Source of the DNA: a virus
Direction: 5' to 3' (one strand)
IMG/VR virus record: IMGVR_UViG_3300042922_000600
Coordinates: 11,239 to 75,238 of that record
Length of the DNA: 64,000 nt
The translations under genes were made by a program, and so were the position numbers. The notes under the pieces are model-generated. The model was not told the DNA's origin. It was given only the letters and a program-made list of their open reading frames with translations, and ran no database searches. This document shows positions 9,834 through 20,214 of the stretch, piece by piece (the stretch's first letter is position 1; the number at the start of each line of letters is the position of its first letter).

Positions 9834-10808
9834 ATGACAAATAACGAAATTATTCAAAAAGCGGACTTAGTATTATCAGATCTCAAAAGCAACGGCGGTT
9901 ACTTAGACGCACAGCAAGGGGAAAAATTCATTAGAATGGTGCAAGATGCCCCAACAATTATGAAGGACTGTCGTGTTGTTACATTTCCTGGGGACTCAAT
10001 GAAAATTGAGAAGATTGGATTTGCTGACAGAATATTAAGAAAAGGTGTAGAGAATACTGCTTTGGATGCAAGCAAGAGAGCTAAGCCAACATCTGGAATG
10101 GTTCAATTGACAACAAAAGAAGTAATTGCGGAAGTTAGACTTTCTTATGACACTATTGAAGCCAACCTTGAGAAAGAAGGATTCAAGGACACTATTATGG
10201 CAATGATAGCAGAAAGAGCCGCTGTAGACTTGGAAGAGCTCATAATTAATGGTGACACAGCACACGCAACTGATGACTATTTAGCACTTCTTAACGGCGT
10301 AATTAAGCAGGTTAAGGCTGGAAACTCATTGGACTGGAAAGCACAGCCAATTAGTGATTCTTTATGGGCAGAGACTTATTTAAAGGTTCCTGAGAAGTTC
10401 ATAAGAGTTCCTGAGCAGTATAAATTCTATACTGACAGAACCACAGAGCTTAGATGGAGACAATTAATTGCTCAAAGAAACACAGCAGTTGGTGATAGAT
10501 ACTTACTTGAGAACACTAACACTTCTGCTCTTGGTGTGCCAATACAGAGAGTATCATTAATGCCAAGCAACTTGTCTTACGACCCAGATGGTGAAGGTGC
10601 AGAAGCGGCAATCACTGGTCTTGGACAATCAATTTTGATACACCCTAAAAATATCATTACTGGTATTTCTAGAAAGATTCAGGTTGAGACTGACAAGGAT
10701 ATTACTGCAAGACAGTATATCATTGTGTTAACAATGAAGTTGGATGTAGCAATTGAGGAAATTCAGGCTTCAGGTTATGTTTATAACATAAAGCCAGCAT
10801 TAGCATAA
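9834..10808 (+). CDS. major capsid protein (XkdG-like, HK97 fold)
   Basis: GGYL..QQGEKFI, IEKIGF..RIL, DLEELIINGDT; start moved to ATG 9834 after GGAGG. Confidence 0.9.
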   Translation: MTNNEIIQKADLVLSDLKSNGGYLDAQQGEKFIRMVQDAPTIMKDCRVVTFPGDSMKIEKIGFADRILRKGVENTALDASKRAKPTSGMVQLTTKEVIAEVRLSYDTIEANLEKEGFKDTIMAMIAERAAVDLEELIINGDTAHATDDYLALLNGVIKQVKAGNSLDWKAQPISDSLWAETYLKVPEKFIRVPEQYKFYTDRTTELRWRQLIAQRNTAVGDRYLLENTNTSALGVPIQRVSLMPSNLSYDPDGEGAEAAITGLGQSILIHPKNIITGISRKIQVETDKDITARQYIIVLTMKLDVAIEEIQASGYVYNIKPALA

Positions 10809-10825
10809 GAATAAAATTGGAGACT

Positions 10826-10853
10826 GTTTAGGAGGGAAATCCTCCTAAACTTT
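10826..10853 (+). terminator. intrinsic terminator after capsid gene
   Basis: gtttaggagg/cctcctaaac perfect stem followed by ttt. Confidence 0.8.
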
Positions 10854-10881
10854 ACTCACATTTGGAAGGAGTTGTTTAGTA

Positions 10882-11373
10882 ATGCCAAAGATAATAAAAT
10901 GGACAGGTTCATTAACCCACGAAATTGCTGGTGTAGTGAAGCTGGTAAAAAATGAAGAAGTGACACTGAGTGATGACATAGTAAAACAATTACCGAAGGA
11001 CGGGTACACTGTACTCCGTATTATAAAAGCTACGGAGCCCGAGGAAAAGGGCGACATGGGTAGAATTGAAGGGCAAGGAGCACCTCAAAACACAGCTATT
11101 GTGGAAGTAAAAAAGGAAGAGACTACTGCACCCGAAGATAACTTACCCGAAGATAAATTACCCGAAGATGAAGACCCAGAAAATAAGTTGCCGGAAGAGA
11201 CAGACACGGATGTGGAACTAACAGAAAAACAGGAAGCTTATTATAAGGAAACTACATTACAGCAAATGATGAAACAGGCTGGCGAGAATGGTATTGATAT
11301 TCCAGATTTTCTTAAAAAGAAGTCAGATGTATTTCAATTCCTTATAGACAACGGTTTTACTGTAGGTGAGTAA
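10882..11373 (+). CDS. head-associated protein with acidic PEDxL repeats and C-terminal Rho-N/HeH-like helical domain
   Basis: position after capsid gene; 15-bp repeats at 11131-11197. Confidence 0.55.
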   Translation: MPKIIKWTGSLTHEIAGVVKLVKNEEVTLSDDIVKQLPKDGYTVLRIIKATEPEEKGDMGRIEGQGAPQNTAIVEVKKEETTAPEDNLPEDKLPEDEDPENKLPEETDTDVELTEKQEAYYKETTLQQMMKQAGENGIDIPDFLKKKSDVFQFLIDNGFTVGE

Positions 11374-11374
11374 A

Positions 11375-11542
11375 ATGGCCCAGTCCAGGATGATGCTTAC
11401 CAAGTTTGTAAGCTACCACGAATATCAAGAGATTGAGGAAATGGCGATTACTGCTAAAATAGTACTGCCTGTAGAAAAATTCCCTACCAAGCAGGAACTT
11501 GTCAAGTACCTACTGGACAATGGGTTTAAATTAGGAGGTTGA
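11375..11542 (+). CDS. 55-aa protein missing from ORF track; paralog of upstream C-terminal domain
   Basis: MAQSRMM...KQELVKYLLDNGFKLGG vs KSDVFQFLIDNGFTVGE; AGGTGA RBS. Confidence 0.7.
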   Translation: MAQSRMMLTKFVSYHEYQEIEEMAITAKIVLPVEKFPTKQELVKYLLDNGFKLGG

Positions 11543-11546
11543 GGAT

Positions 11547-11897
11547 ATGGCATATTTAACATTGACAGAAGCACGTTCTTTGACAAAGTTACCAAAGCCC
11601 AAAGTTCCAGACGATAAATTAGAGTTGTTATTGGAGGCCTCAACCATTATTATTGATGAGTATGTGTTGAAGCCTTATGAAACGACAAATGCACTGATTA
11701 AACTTGTCTCGACGGAACTCATACTTTATTTGAGTAAGGATAAAACTTACCAAAGTGAACAAATTGACGACTATTCCTACAAGTTGAACGAGAAAGCACT
11801 AGCCACAATTCTAGCCAAGTTAGACAAGGACAGAATTAAAAATGGCGGGGCACCCATAAACTATGGCATTTCAAAAGTAAGAGGTGGGTATCTATGA
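11547..11897 (+). CDS. head-tail connector (adaptor)
   Basis: MAYLT..E, IIDEY, SEQIDDYSY; synteny. Confidence 0.75.
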   Translation: MAYLTLTEARSLTKLPKPKVPDDKLELLLEASTIIIDEYVLKPYETTNALIKLVSTELILYLSKDKTYQSEQIDDYSYKLNEKALATILAKLDKDRIKNGGAPINYGISKVRGGYL

Positions 11898-12175
11898 TTC
11901 ATGAATTGTTTAATACAAGCATAACCATTATACCCACCACTCATACTGTAAGTAACCGTTCCGCTGTGTATAAACAATCACAGGAAGGTTCCATAAGGGG
12001 CATTCCAGCTCTTATAACAAGTGATGACGTAGGCTATATAACTATAGATGATGAAATTGCAATTAAACGAGGTGACGTCATAACAAATGAGGCTACTGGT
12101 GCTCAGTTCACAGTTCAAGAAGTTTTTACCATGGGAGACGTGTATAAGCTTAAGCTGGAAGATAAGAATGTATAG
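11894..12175 (+). CDS. head closure protein
   Basis: synteny; IKRGDVI...FTV beta-rich pattern. Confidence 0.6.
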   Translation: MIHELFNTSITIIPTTHTVSNRSAVYKQSQEGSIRGIPALITSDDVGYITIDDEIAIKRGDVITNEATGAQFTVQEVFTMGDVYKLKLEDKNV

Positions 12176-12178
12176 GGG

Positions 12179-12700
12179 TTGGTACAAGTGGCGGATAGCT
12201 TTAGAATAATAATAGAGAATGAGCAGGCTGTAAAGTACTTAACTGGCAAAGAGGAAGGCACCAGGCGTCGTGTCACACAGATAATGAATCTTGTTACAAG
12301 GGACATAAAAGAGGATGCAAGGGAAATAATAAGAAGTACTGAGCATATTTGGCAGGGGCGTTTAATTAATAGTATACTCAATAGAGTAAGTACTTCGGGC
12401 GACCACATTGTGGGTGAAGTGTTTTCAGGTGTGGATTATGCAATTTATGTGCATGAGGGGACACGTAGGCACTATGTTCCATTCGTGGACAGGAATGGTA
12501 TGGATAGGCTGGACCTAATATGGTGGGCAAGGTCACACGGATTGATAACAATGAAGGGTAAGCAGTTCATTAGCACTATAACCGGACAGCCAATTAGAGG
12601 TATAACAGTGGGCATTGAGGCTACTAAGTTCCTCGAGCAACCGTACCAAAAACACTTAAACAACTTCGTAACACAAATTCAGAGAGCAGGTGCTGAGTAA
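12179..12700 (+). CDS. HK97 gp10-like neck/tail completion protein
   Basis: G.L.NSI, YAIYVHEGT, KFLEQP. Confidence 0.8.
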   Translation: MVQVADSFRIIIENEQAVKYLTGKEEGTRRRVTQIMNLVTRDIKEDAREIIRSTEHIWQGRLINSILNRVSTSGDHIVGEVFSGVDYAIYVHEGTRRHYVPFVDRNGMDRLDLIWWARSHGLITMKGKQFISTITGQPIRGITVGIEATKFLEQPYQKHLNNFVTQIQRAGAE

Positions 12701-13207
12701 ATGAAGAATTTTTATTATACAACAGAAATTGCCGGGAAGATAAAGGAAGTGCTTGACACTGAACTTCCATTGACTATAAAGAACATAAATATAGGCGGAT
12801 TTAGACTACTTCCTGCACCAGAGGCAATAAAAGAATATCTACCCGCCGTATTTATAGAACCCATAGAAATAGATACAGAATCCGCCAACGAAGTACTTGA
12901 CATAGAGGCGGAACAATACCCATTCCAGATTCTTTATACCGCTCCATATTCGTATGAAATCCAGGAAGAAATGCTCCCAAAAATAAAGGAAGCCGAGCTT
13001 ATAGCAAATGTACTTAGAGCGACACAAGTCCTAAGTACGTTTAGAATAGAACCTTCCGAGGCGGAGGCGGGTGGAATGGTAGTATATAGAAGAGTACGTG
13101 GAATTCGATTTGATAATATATCAACAGAGCTATTTGCACAGATTAAGGTACCTGCATGTGTTGTGCAAATTGACTTCGACATATTCTTCCGTACCTTTGC
13201 AGGCTAG
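12701..13207 (+). CDS. tail terminator
   Basis: synteny; YLPAVFIEP. Confidence 0.6.
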   Translation: MKNFYYTTEIAGKIKEVLDTELPLTIKNINIGGFRLLPAPEAIKEYLPAVFIEPIEIDTESANEVLDIEAEQYPFQILYTAPYSYEIQEEMLPKIKEAELIANVLRATQVLSTFRIEPSEAEAGGMVVYRRVRGIRFDNISTELFAQIKVPACVVQIDFDIFFRTFAG

Positions 13208-13218
13208 GAGGTGATTAA

Positions 13219-13455
13219 ATGAAAGAGGTATTATTTATTGGCTTAGGCCCACAGGGCAACTATAGCCACAATGGCAATCAATATGTAAATGGAGACGTTA
13301 TGGTATGCGAGGAAGCTGTAGCAGACGAACTCATAAATAACCATTTAGCAGTTGATATAAATGATGGTAGCCTGGATGTTTCAAAGACTAGAGAGCAAAT
13401 AAAGAAGGACGATGAAGCAAGACAGGCTATACTAATGAAGGGAGGTAAAAAATAA
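13219..13455 (+). CDS. hypothetical virion protein
   Basis: GGAGGTGA RBS; translationally coupled to the tail tube gene. Confidence 0.6.
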   Translation: MKEVLFIGLGPQGNYSHNGNQYVNGDVMVCEEAVADELINNHLAVDINDGSLDVSKTREQIKKDDEARQAILMKGGKK

Positions 13456-14258
13456 TGGGACAAATTGATAAAATTACCATTGGAGTTGCAGACTTGTACT
13501 ACACACCACCAGGAGGTGGCGTTGAGGTCTACTTAGGTTTAACCAAAGGTGGTGGAGAGTTCAATTATGAGGCTGACTGGCATGATATAAATGAGATTGA
13601 CCAGTTTGGTACTACAATTGTTGACAGTATTTTAATTGGTGAGAAGGCGTCCTACAAGACAAACGTTGTAGACACAAGCCTAGTCGCAATAAAGAGAGTT
13701 GCCCCAACTGCCAGCGATGCGGGTGGAAAAGCACTAACCTTTGGACAGCGTCCGGGACTTAGAATGCAACCATTGGCGGGAAGACTTAGAATACATCCTG
13801 TAAGTGCAGGATTCAATGATAAGTCTAGAGATGTTATAATCTACAAGGCGGGCAGTAAGACTAACTTGAATCTTCAATACAAATTGGATTCTGAGTGGGT
13901 CGTGCCTTGTGAGTGGGCGGCATACCCGGATGAGGAAAGACCATTGGGCGACCAATTATTTAGGATTGGGGATGAAAGTGTTGACCTGCCAGGACCAACA
14001 AAGAGATTAATTAATTTCTATTTAACACCAAGTAACCCTACGGTTGCGTCAGGACAGACACAGGCATTCAGTGCTAATGCTGTATATGAGGACGGCACAA
14101 CCGATGATGTTACAGATGACTGTACATGGGCTTCCTCAAATGAGGCTACACTTACAATTAATAGTGCCGGAAGTGCTGATGCAGTAGCGGCTGGCGTCGC
14201 GACGGTAACTGCAACCTATGGTGGTTATACAACTAGCACGACAGTAACCGTAAGCTAA
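13455..14258 (+). CDS. major tail tube protein with C-terminal Ig-like (Big_2) domain
   Basis: LGLTKGGGEF, DQFG; C-terminal YEDGTTDDVT...TWASSN...ATVTATY. Confidence 0.85.
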   Translation: MGQIDKITIGVADLYYTPPGGGVEVYLGLTKGGGEFNYEADWHDINEIDQFGTTIVDSILIGEKASYKTNVVDTSLVAIKRVAPTASDAGGKALTFGQRPGLRMQPLAGRLRIHPVSAGFNDKSRDVIIYKAGSKTNLNLQYKLDSEWVVPCEWAAYPDEERPLGDQLFRIGDESVDLPGPTKRLINFYLTPSNPTVASGQTQAFSANAVYEDGTTDDVTDDCTWASSNEATLTINSAGSADAVAAGVATVTATYGGYTTSTTVTVS

Positions 14259-14275
14259 TAAGCAAAATTTACAAG

Positions 14276-14328
14276 TAGTATAAATATATTACCCCTTGTA
14301 GGAAAGGGCAGTAATGGCAGAATTAAGG
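14276..14328 (+). repeat. dispersed element, copy 2
   Basis: tagtataaatatattaccccttgtaggaaagggcagtaatggcAGAATTAAGG. Confidence 0.75.
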
Positions 14329-14359
14329 GGTGTTCGTGCATGGAAACGGCACCCCCTTT
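14327..14359 (+). terminator. hairpin / probable terminator
   Basis: ggggtg/cacccc stem followed by ttt. Confidence 0.55.
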
Positions 14360-14400
14360 GCTTTAATTAAACAATTATATACACTCTAGGAGGAGCACAC

Positions 14401-14760
14401 ATGAAAACAAAACAAGTGAAATTGGATGACATTGATGTAGAGCTTAAGGTACTCAAGTACGGAAAATTTAAGAAAGTAGTTTCTAAATTCTCTGGATTAG
14501 TCTTAGGGCTCTTTGCATTATTGGACACAGAGGATGACAGCAAACTAGCTGACGGGATAGTTGGGTACATAAGGGACAACATGGGACAAGTAGAGCAGGT
14601 TATATATGAGATGACAGACCTAACGGCAGAGACAATAGAAGAAATCTACATAACTGACTTTGTAGTAATATTTGAAGAACTCTTAAACCTATATGGGATT
14701 GACAAAGAGGTGGTAATGGGTTTTTTCAAGAACAACATACGTCAGAACCAAGCAATCTAG
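14401..14760 (+). CDS. tail assembly chaperone (G-like)
   Basis: between tail tube and tape measure; slippery site near 3' end. Confidence 0.8.
   Translation: MKTKQVKLDDIDVELKVLKYGKFKKVVSKFSGLVLGLFALLDTEDDSKLADGIVGYIRDNMGQVEQVIYEMTDLTAETIEEIYITDFVVIFEELLNLYGIDKEVVMGFFKNNIRQNQAI
14718..14727 (+). other. programmed -1 frameshift slippery site G GGT TTT TTC
   Basis: -1 frame is stop-free from 14724 and in frame with ORF 14799-15137. Confidence 0.85.
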
Positions 14761-14798
14761 GGGCCACCGGCAAAGAAGGAAAGATTGATGTTCTGGGT

Positions 14799-15137
14799 AT
14801 GTTTGCTACAGTAGAGGACACAATATATTATGAATACAAGTGGTCACCTTATCAGTTAGGGCAATGTGACATAGATGATATATTCAGGTACTTTAAATTG
14901 ATAAAACGGAGAGCGGTTGCCGAAGTTTCCAGCAAGTTTATGGACTATTATACTTTATTGAATATTGTTCATGCGGACAAACCAGAGGAACTTGCTTCCT
15001 CATTTAGGGACAAGTTTGAGGAACTGCAGACAGCAGACAAAAAGCCAAAGCGTCACAAGCTCATGTATGATGGAGAGGCAGGCTTGGAGCAATTAGATAT
15101 GTTGAAAAACAAGCGTCAACAAAAAGGATTACAGTAA
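14799..15137 (+). CDS. tail chaperone frameshift extension (T-like)
   Basis: no strong RBS of its own; reached by the -1 shift. Confidence 0.75.
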   Translation: MFATVEDTIYYEYKWSPYQLGQCDIDDIFRYFKLIKRRAVAEVSSKFMDYYTLLNIVHADKPEELASSFRDKFEELQTADKKPKRHKLMYDGEAGLEQLDMLKNKRQQKGLQ

Positions 15138-15149
15138 GGAGGTGAACGT

Positions 15150-17267
15150 ATGGCTGATAGCAGAGTGAGGGTAATTCTAGAGGCAGTCTTAACTAATTTT
15201 ACAAAGGGAATTGGTCAGGCAAAGACACAGCTACAGGATTTGGGCAAGGTAAGTAGCCAGGCAGGCAAACAGGGTAGGCAGATATTTCAGCAGATGAACT
15301 CGTCGGCAAGGAATGCCAGAGGTGAGTTGGAAGGGATTAGAATGCTGTTAGGTTCCCTTTTTAGCATGTACGCAGGTAAAAAGTTAATAGATTTTACTAT
15401 AGGCAACGCCTCAGAGTTTGAAAACTATCTACTCAGATATAGCGTTTTATTAAAGTCCATGGATGCCGCTCAAGACCGTATGCAGGAAATGAGGGACTTT
15501 GCAATATTTACCCCATACCAATTGGATGAGGTAGTAAAAGCAGACTTGCTCCTTGAGAGTTACGGAATTCGTAGTATAGAATTATTAAGGGTTGCAGGTG
15601 ATGCCGCGGCAGGAACTGGGCAAGAGATTGAGGAAGTTGCTTTCTGGTTAGGGCGTATTGCTTCCGGAGATACTGGCTATGGCTTAATGAGGCTTGCCGA
15701 GATGAGTATTGTAACCAGAACACAGTTACAGGCAATGGGTCTAGAATTTGATAATGCAGGTGCATATGTTGGAAGCTTGGATGACTTAATGAATGCGTTG
15801 GCTACACACATGCAATCCAAGTACCCGGGCATGATGGATAAGTTAGCAGTGACAGGCAAGGGATTATGGAGTACTATACAGGACGTCTTGGGTGAGTTTG
15901 GTAGGGATATAGGCTTTAAGTCTCTTGATAATGCTAAGGAATCCGCAATAACATTTATTAATGAGCTACAGAGGTTGAGAGATGATGGTACTTTAGATGT
16001 GTGGACACAGCGTATCGGAGATGCCTTAGCTTGGGTGTTTGAACAGCTAACCAAGTTTGTGGGTGACATAGAGCAAACGGGCAACAAACTCGCAGGATTC
16101 TTTAAGTGGTTTGGAGACAACTGGTATTGGATTTCTGAGGCTATATTGTTTGCAGTGCAGGCATGGCTAATATTTAAGGCATCCATGGCAGTGGAGCCAC
16201 TAATCTATGGCGTTGCAACTGCAATATCTGTTTTGAGTGGAATGATGACGGCCTACAGCAGTGCCACAACTGTAGCAACGGGTATCACAGCGGCATTTGG
16301 AGTTGCACTAAAGGCGGTGGGAATTGGTTGGATAATTGCAATTATTGGTTTGGTAATTCTAGCAATTGTGAAACTGGTGCAAAATTGGGATTCAGCTAAG
16401 AACTGGATATTGTTCGGGTGTAATGCAGTGTTGCTGGCATTCCAGCTGATGGGGTATGGAATAATGGCAGCCATAAACTTAATTGTTGAAGTAATTGCAT
16501 GGATGACGTCGTGGATACCAGGTATAGGGGACGCTATGGAAATTGCGGCTCAGGCTACAAATGAGGCACTTGCATCAGTTAGGACAGGGATAGATGATAC
16601 CATTAATAGAATGGCTGAGCTTAGGAATGCGGCATTGGAAGCCAGTGAGGCAATGAAGGATGTAGAATTACCGGAAGGGCCACCAATTTTAGACATGGAA
16701 GCTCCAGGGCAAGGGGATGTACCGAAATTTGAAGGACTTGGCTCAAGGGGTGGAAGTGGGAAGAAGAAAACACAGGACGCCATTGACCTTATAGATGACG
16801 AATATAAGTACCAGATACAAATCTCAGAGGGAAAGGCTAATCTACATGATAATGACACAAACAAAACCATGTGGAAACAATTGATGTTGAGTACTGTGGA
16901 GGTTTTGAAGGCTAAGCTACAAGAGGTTACCGCTATTGCAAGTACGGCAACTGGTAAACTACAGGAAAAAGCGGAAGCCAAGAAGTATGAGATATTAAAT
17001 CGTATTCAGGATATAACAGAGGAAATAAAGGACAACACAGCAAAATTGGTGCAGGACTTTGGAACCCCATCATTCATTAATTCCACATCATTGAAGCAGT
17101 TTAGAGCATCTACGATGGCTACTTCAGCTGGATTTACAGTAAGCGGTGCGAACTTCGTGTTTGAGTTACAAGAGGCACCTCGTACAGAGGATGACTGGAA
17201 GGATATTTTCAAAACTTCGGAAGATGCACTTGCACACTTTTTGGACAACAGAAGGAGGAGAGGCTAG
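15150..17267 (+). CDS. tape measure protein
   Basis: FA..TPY.L.EV, hydrophobic helical mid-region, position. Confidence 0.9.
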   Translation: MADSRVRVILEAVLTNFTKGIGQAKTQLQDLGKVSSQAGKQGRQIFQQMNSSARNARGELEGIRMLLGSLFSMYAGKKLIDFTIGNASEFENYLLRYSVLLKSMDAAQDRMQEMRDFAIFTPYQLDEVVKADLLLESYGIRSIELLRVAGDAAAGTGQEIEEVAFWLGRIASGDTGYGLMRLAEMSIVTRTQLQAMGLEFDNAGAYVGSLDDLMNALATHMQSKYPGMMDKLAVTGKGLWSTIQDVLGEFGRDIGFKSLDNAKESAITFINELQRLRDDGTLDVWTQRIGDALAWVFEQLTKFVGDIEQTGNKLAGFFKWFGDNWYWISEAILFAVQAWLIFKASMAVEPLIYGVATAISVLSGMMTAYSSATTVATGITAAFGVALKAVGIGWIIAIIGLVILAIVKLVQNWDSAKNWILFGCNAVLLAFQLMGYGIMAAINLIVEVIAWMTSWIPGIGDAMEIAAQATNEALASVRTGIDDTINRMAELRNAALEASEAMKDVELPEGPPILDMEAPGQGDVPKFEGLGSRGGSGKKKTQDAIDLIDDEYKYQIQISEGKANLHDNDTNKTMWKQLMLSTVEVLKAKLQEVTAIASTATGKLQEKAEAKKYEILNRIQDITEEIKDNTAKLVQDFGTPSFINSTSLKQFRASTMATSAGFTVSGANFVFELQEAPRTEDDWKDIFKTSEDALAHFLDNRRRRG

Positions 17268-17993
17268 ATGGCTAGACGCAGATTATATAGAATGGCAGAA
17301 ATGGAAAGAAGATACTGGCCCGATAATAATTGGAGCGGTTTAACTCTTGGTGGAGGTGCCCAAATACTTTCGGGCACCGATGCCAATGGCGTTGATTGGA
17401 GTGTAATTGGAATGAATAACAATGGTGCCTATGTCCGAGAGACTATAAACCTAATGCACTCATTATCGGAAATTAAATTTACAAGGGCGATTATGGGGGG
17501 TGGCAGTCTTAAAATGTCCATTGATGGGGCTGTTTTGCACACCATTGAAGGTCCAGCCGCATGGGAATTTTCACCCTCTATAAAAGCTTTGCCAGGATGG
17601 AGGGATATTAGGATTGAGGCTGACGGTGGAAGTGACGCAAGTCTTGGTGAGATAAAGATAATTGGGTATGATGAAATAAATTGTTTATTTAGAAAGCCAA
17701 TACCATTTAGGCAAGAAGTAACACCAACAACTCATGGAATACTTAGAGGATTCAGTGTATTCCAGCAAACGGGCAAAGGCCATGCGACGAGTAAATTCAG
17801 CTTATACTTTAACAGTCCTAATGCGTACTTGGATTTCATGGCTAACGCCTACAAGGTGCATGCCATTAAGGACGAGTTGGGAATCTTCTACAGAGGTGTA
17901 ATAGTAGTGGAGGACGTAACAATGATTTCGGAAGACTGTTTCTACGTTGACTGTGTATTTAATGCACCTTATCAGGCGGGGGTGGGTTGGTAA
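17268..17993 (+). CDS. distal tail (Dit-like) protein
   Basis: directly after tape measure; beta-rich. Confidence 0.55.
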   Translation: MARRRLYRMAEMERRYWPDNNWSGLTLGGGAQILSGTDANGVDWSVIGMNNNGAYVRETINLMHSLSEIKFTRAIMGGGSLKMSIDGAVLHTIEGPAAWEFSPSIKALPGWRDIRIEADGGSDASLGEIKIIGYDEINCLFRKPIPFRQEVTPTTHGILRGFSVFQQTGKGHATSKFSLYFNSPNAYLDFMANAYKVHAIKDELGIFYRGVIVVEDVTMISEDCFYVDCVFNAPYQAGVGW

Positions 17994-19711
17994 TGCTACA
18001 CTTTGAAGGAGCCATAAAGGATTATATAAGAGAGCATTTACAGGTGGACAAGGCAATGCCCACAATTGAAATAAGTGTCTGGAATAATCAAGTACTTAAC
18101 GATACACCAAGAACTTTGAGGAATGTAAAGTCATTTGGTTGGGATAGAAGAGAGGATTCACTTGCGTCTGAAATAACGTTTGTCATTGAGAACACGGACG
18201 GAACAAAAAGTCCCCATTACTTACCGGATAAATTTCCACACTTGGACTTGGAGCGTTCCGGATATCAATATGCACTATACCCGGAAAACAAAGTGGAAGC
18301 TTGGGTGGGCTATGGAGACGAACGACTGCATGTTTTTACAGGTGTAATTGACAAAGTAAAGATAAGTGCAGATAATTCGGAGCTTGAGGTTACTGCCAGA
18401 GACAATATGAAGTACCTATTGGACCAACAAATTATTCCAGACGATGCAAAGGAATTGACATATGAATATGACCCAGACGCACCTTTGCTGATAAGTGCCT
18501 TAATTGCGGATTTAATTAATAAGGCAGGGCTTATAGCTGAGGTGGAGGAGTCAAAGTTTGAAGACGACTCCGCATACACTATAACATCCGACCTAAGCTT
18601 TGAACTTGGTCTAAAGTATATAGACGCAATTAAACAACTCACTGACTCCATCGGATATAAGATTTATGCTACTAATATTGGTACAATTAGAGCAGAGAGG
18701 AATATATACCCCTCGGGGACAGCAGAGCCAGTAGTAGTATTTAAGGATTATTTAAATCTATCCTCTGGTGATTTTGTAATAGACACACAGGATGCACGAG
18801 ATACCCTAATAATAGCATCAGATACAGGGTGGGAAGAATTTGAGAATAAGCAGTTTGCGGATTGGCTGAGACCTACTTTCCCAAGAGCGGCAAAGATTAC
18901 CATACCATGGGCAAACACGCCACAGAAAAGAAAGCTTGCGGCACAGAGTGCCTTTGCAATGATGTTAAGGGTAACACGTAGAATATCCATAGTGGCAGTT
19001 GCTCACCCTGCACTGCAAATAGGCGATGTCGCAAGGTTAAGTGAGCGGGTAAGCACAGCTTCGGACATATACAGAATAACAGCAATAAAGACAGAATTGA
19101 GCGATGGAACATTCTTTGATACCATAGAGTTGGAAGCTTTTGTAAATGCGGATAACATAGTTGCAAAGTCTACAGGTAGATATTTTGGGCAAGCTACAGC
19201 CACATGGAAAACAAAAGATGTATGGTTACAGCCAAGAGAGTCCTATAATATAGTTTTGGATATGCGGGGCATATTTAATGAGGCACGTATATCAATTCAT
19301 TCCTCGTTGGATGATGATGTTATTGGAGCAATCATTAATATGTTGAAGGTGGATGGGTCAGGTTGGAGTATTACTTCCGATTTCAGCTATGATGATATAC
19401 TTGAGCAGGCCAATCCGGAGGGACTTGCAGATAGCACAGAACTCAACAAAAAGGGAATTCCAACCTATGAGGCCGGACTTGCACTTAAAAACACCATTCA
19501 GGAAGTGTATGGAGGAAGTATACTGTACTTGAGCAGTGCGGACCCAGTGCCCGTAAATTCAAGTTTTATTGCATTAATCAAATGTACTACGCAGACTAAA
19601 TTATTTCCATCAGACCAGATAAGGTTAACTCTACTGAACATAACTGGCTATGCGGATTTGAGTCCAAGCAATCAAACAATTGGGTGGGAAATCAAATCTA
19701 TATGTTTCTAG
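17987..19711 (+). CDS. baseplate hub / Tal-like protein
   Basis: VGYG...FTGVID.V, EVTARD.MK.L, HPALQIGD hub motifs. Confidence 0.75.
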   Translation: MVMLHFEGAIKDYIREHLQVDKAMPTIEISVWNNQVLNDTPRTLRNVKSFGWDRREDSLASEITFVIENTDGTKSPHYLPDKFPHLDLERSGYQYALYPENKVEAWVGYGDERLHVFTGVIDKVKISADNSELEVTARDNMKYLLDQQIIPDDAKELTYEYDPDAPLLISALIADLINKAGLIAEVEESKFEDDSAYTITSDLSFELGLKYIDAIKQLTDSIGYKIYATNIGTIRAERNIYPSGTAEPVVVFKDYLNLSSGDFVIDTQDARDTLIIASDTGWEEFENKQFADWLRPTFPRAAKITIPWANTPQKRKLAAQSAFAMMLRVTRRISIVAVAHPALQIGDVARLSERVSTASDIYRITAIKTELSDGTFFDTIELEAFVNADNIVAKSTGRYFGQATATWKTKDVWLQPRESYNIVLDMRGIFNEARISIHSSLDDDVIGAIINMLKVDGSGWSITSDFSYDDILEQANPEGLADSTELNKKGIPTYEAGLALKNTIQEVYGGSILYLSSADPVPVNSSFIALIKCTTQTKLFPSDQIRLTLLNITGYADLSPSNQTIGWEIKSICF

Positions 19712-19730
19712 GCATATGAAAAAGAATATA

Positions 19731-19759
19731 TTGCATTAGACTTTTTACTGTGCTATAAT
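19731..19759 (+). promoter_or_regulatory. promoter TTGCAT-N17-TATAAT for the fibre module
   Basis: same hexamers as the promoter at 5823. Confidence 0.7.
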
Positions 19760-19787
19760 TATTTTGTAAAAATAGGAAGGTGATTAT

Positions 19788-20210
19788 ATGTCTTGGCAGC
19801 CAAATGGGCTCTATGAGCCAATACTTAAAATGATATTCGAGAAAACAGGCGACCCTGGAATAGCGGGATTCTTTGGATATGTAGGAGATGGTGGGGGAGG
19901 AAGTAGTGGACCAGGTAATGGCGGAGTCCCAGAGCATACGCATGTTTTTAGTGAATTGGACTTCAGGCTAACGCACCCACAGGTATTTATATATAATGAG
20001 GATGATGACGTTATAGGCATAGACATAGGAGAATCACAAGAGTTGCAATTTAGGTTTATAAAAGACGTATATGATGATTATACACAGATAAAAGTAACAT
20101 TCCTTTTCACAACAACATATACTGTTGGTATATTCTATCAAAGATACAATCCGTCGGTTGGCGGGCTGGTTGAGGACAAAGGAAACATAATAAAATTGGA
20201 CTTAATTTAA
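19788..20210 (+). CDS. putative virion protein (Gly-rich linker, HTH motif)
   Basis: RBS; first gene of the module. Confidence 0.55.
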   Translation: MSWQPNGLYEPILKMIFEKTGDPGIAGFFGYVGDGGGGSSGPGNGGVPEHTHVFSELDFRLTHPQVFIYNEDDDVIGIDIGESQELQFRFIKDVYDDYTQIKVTFLFTTTYTVGIFYQRYNPSVGGLVEDKGNIIKLDLI

Positions 20211-20214
20211 GGGG

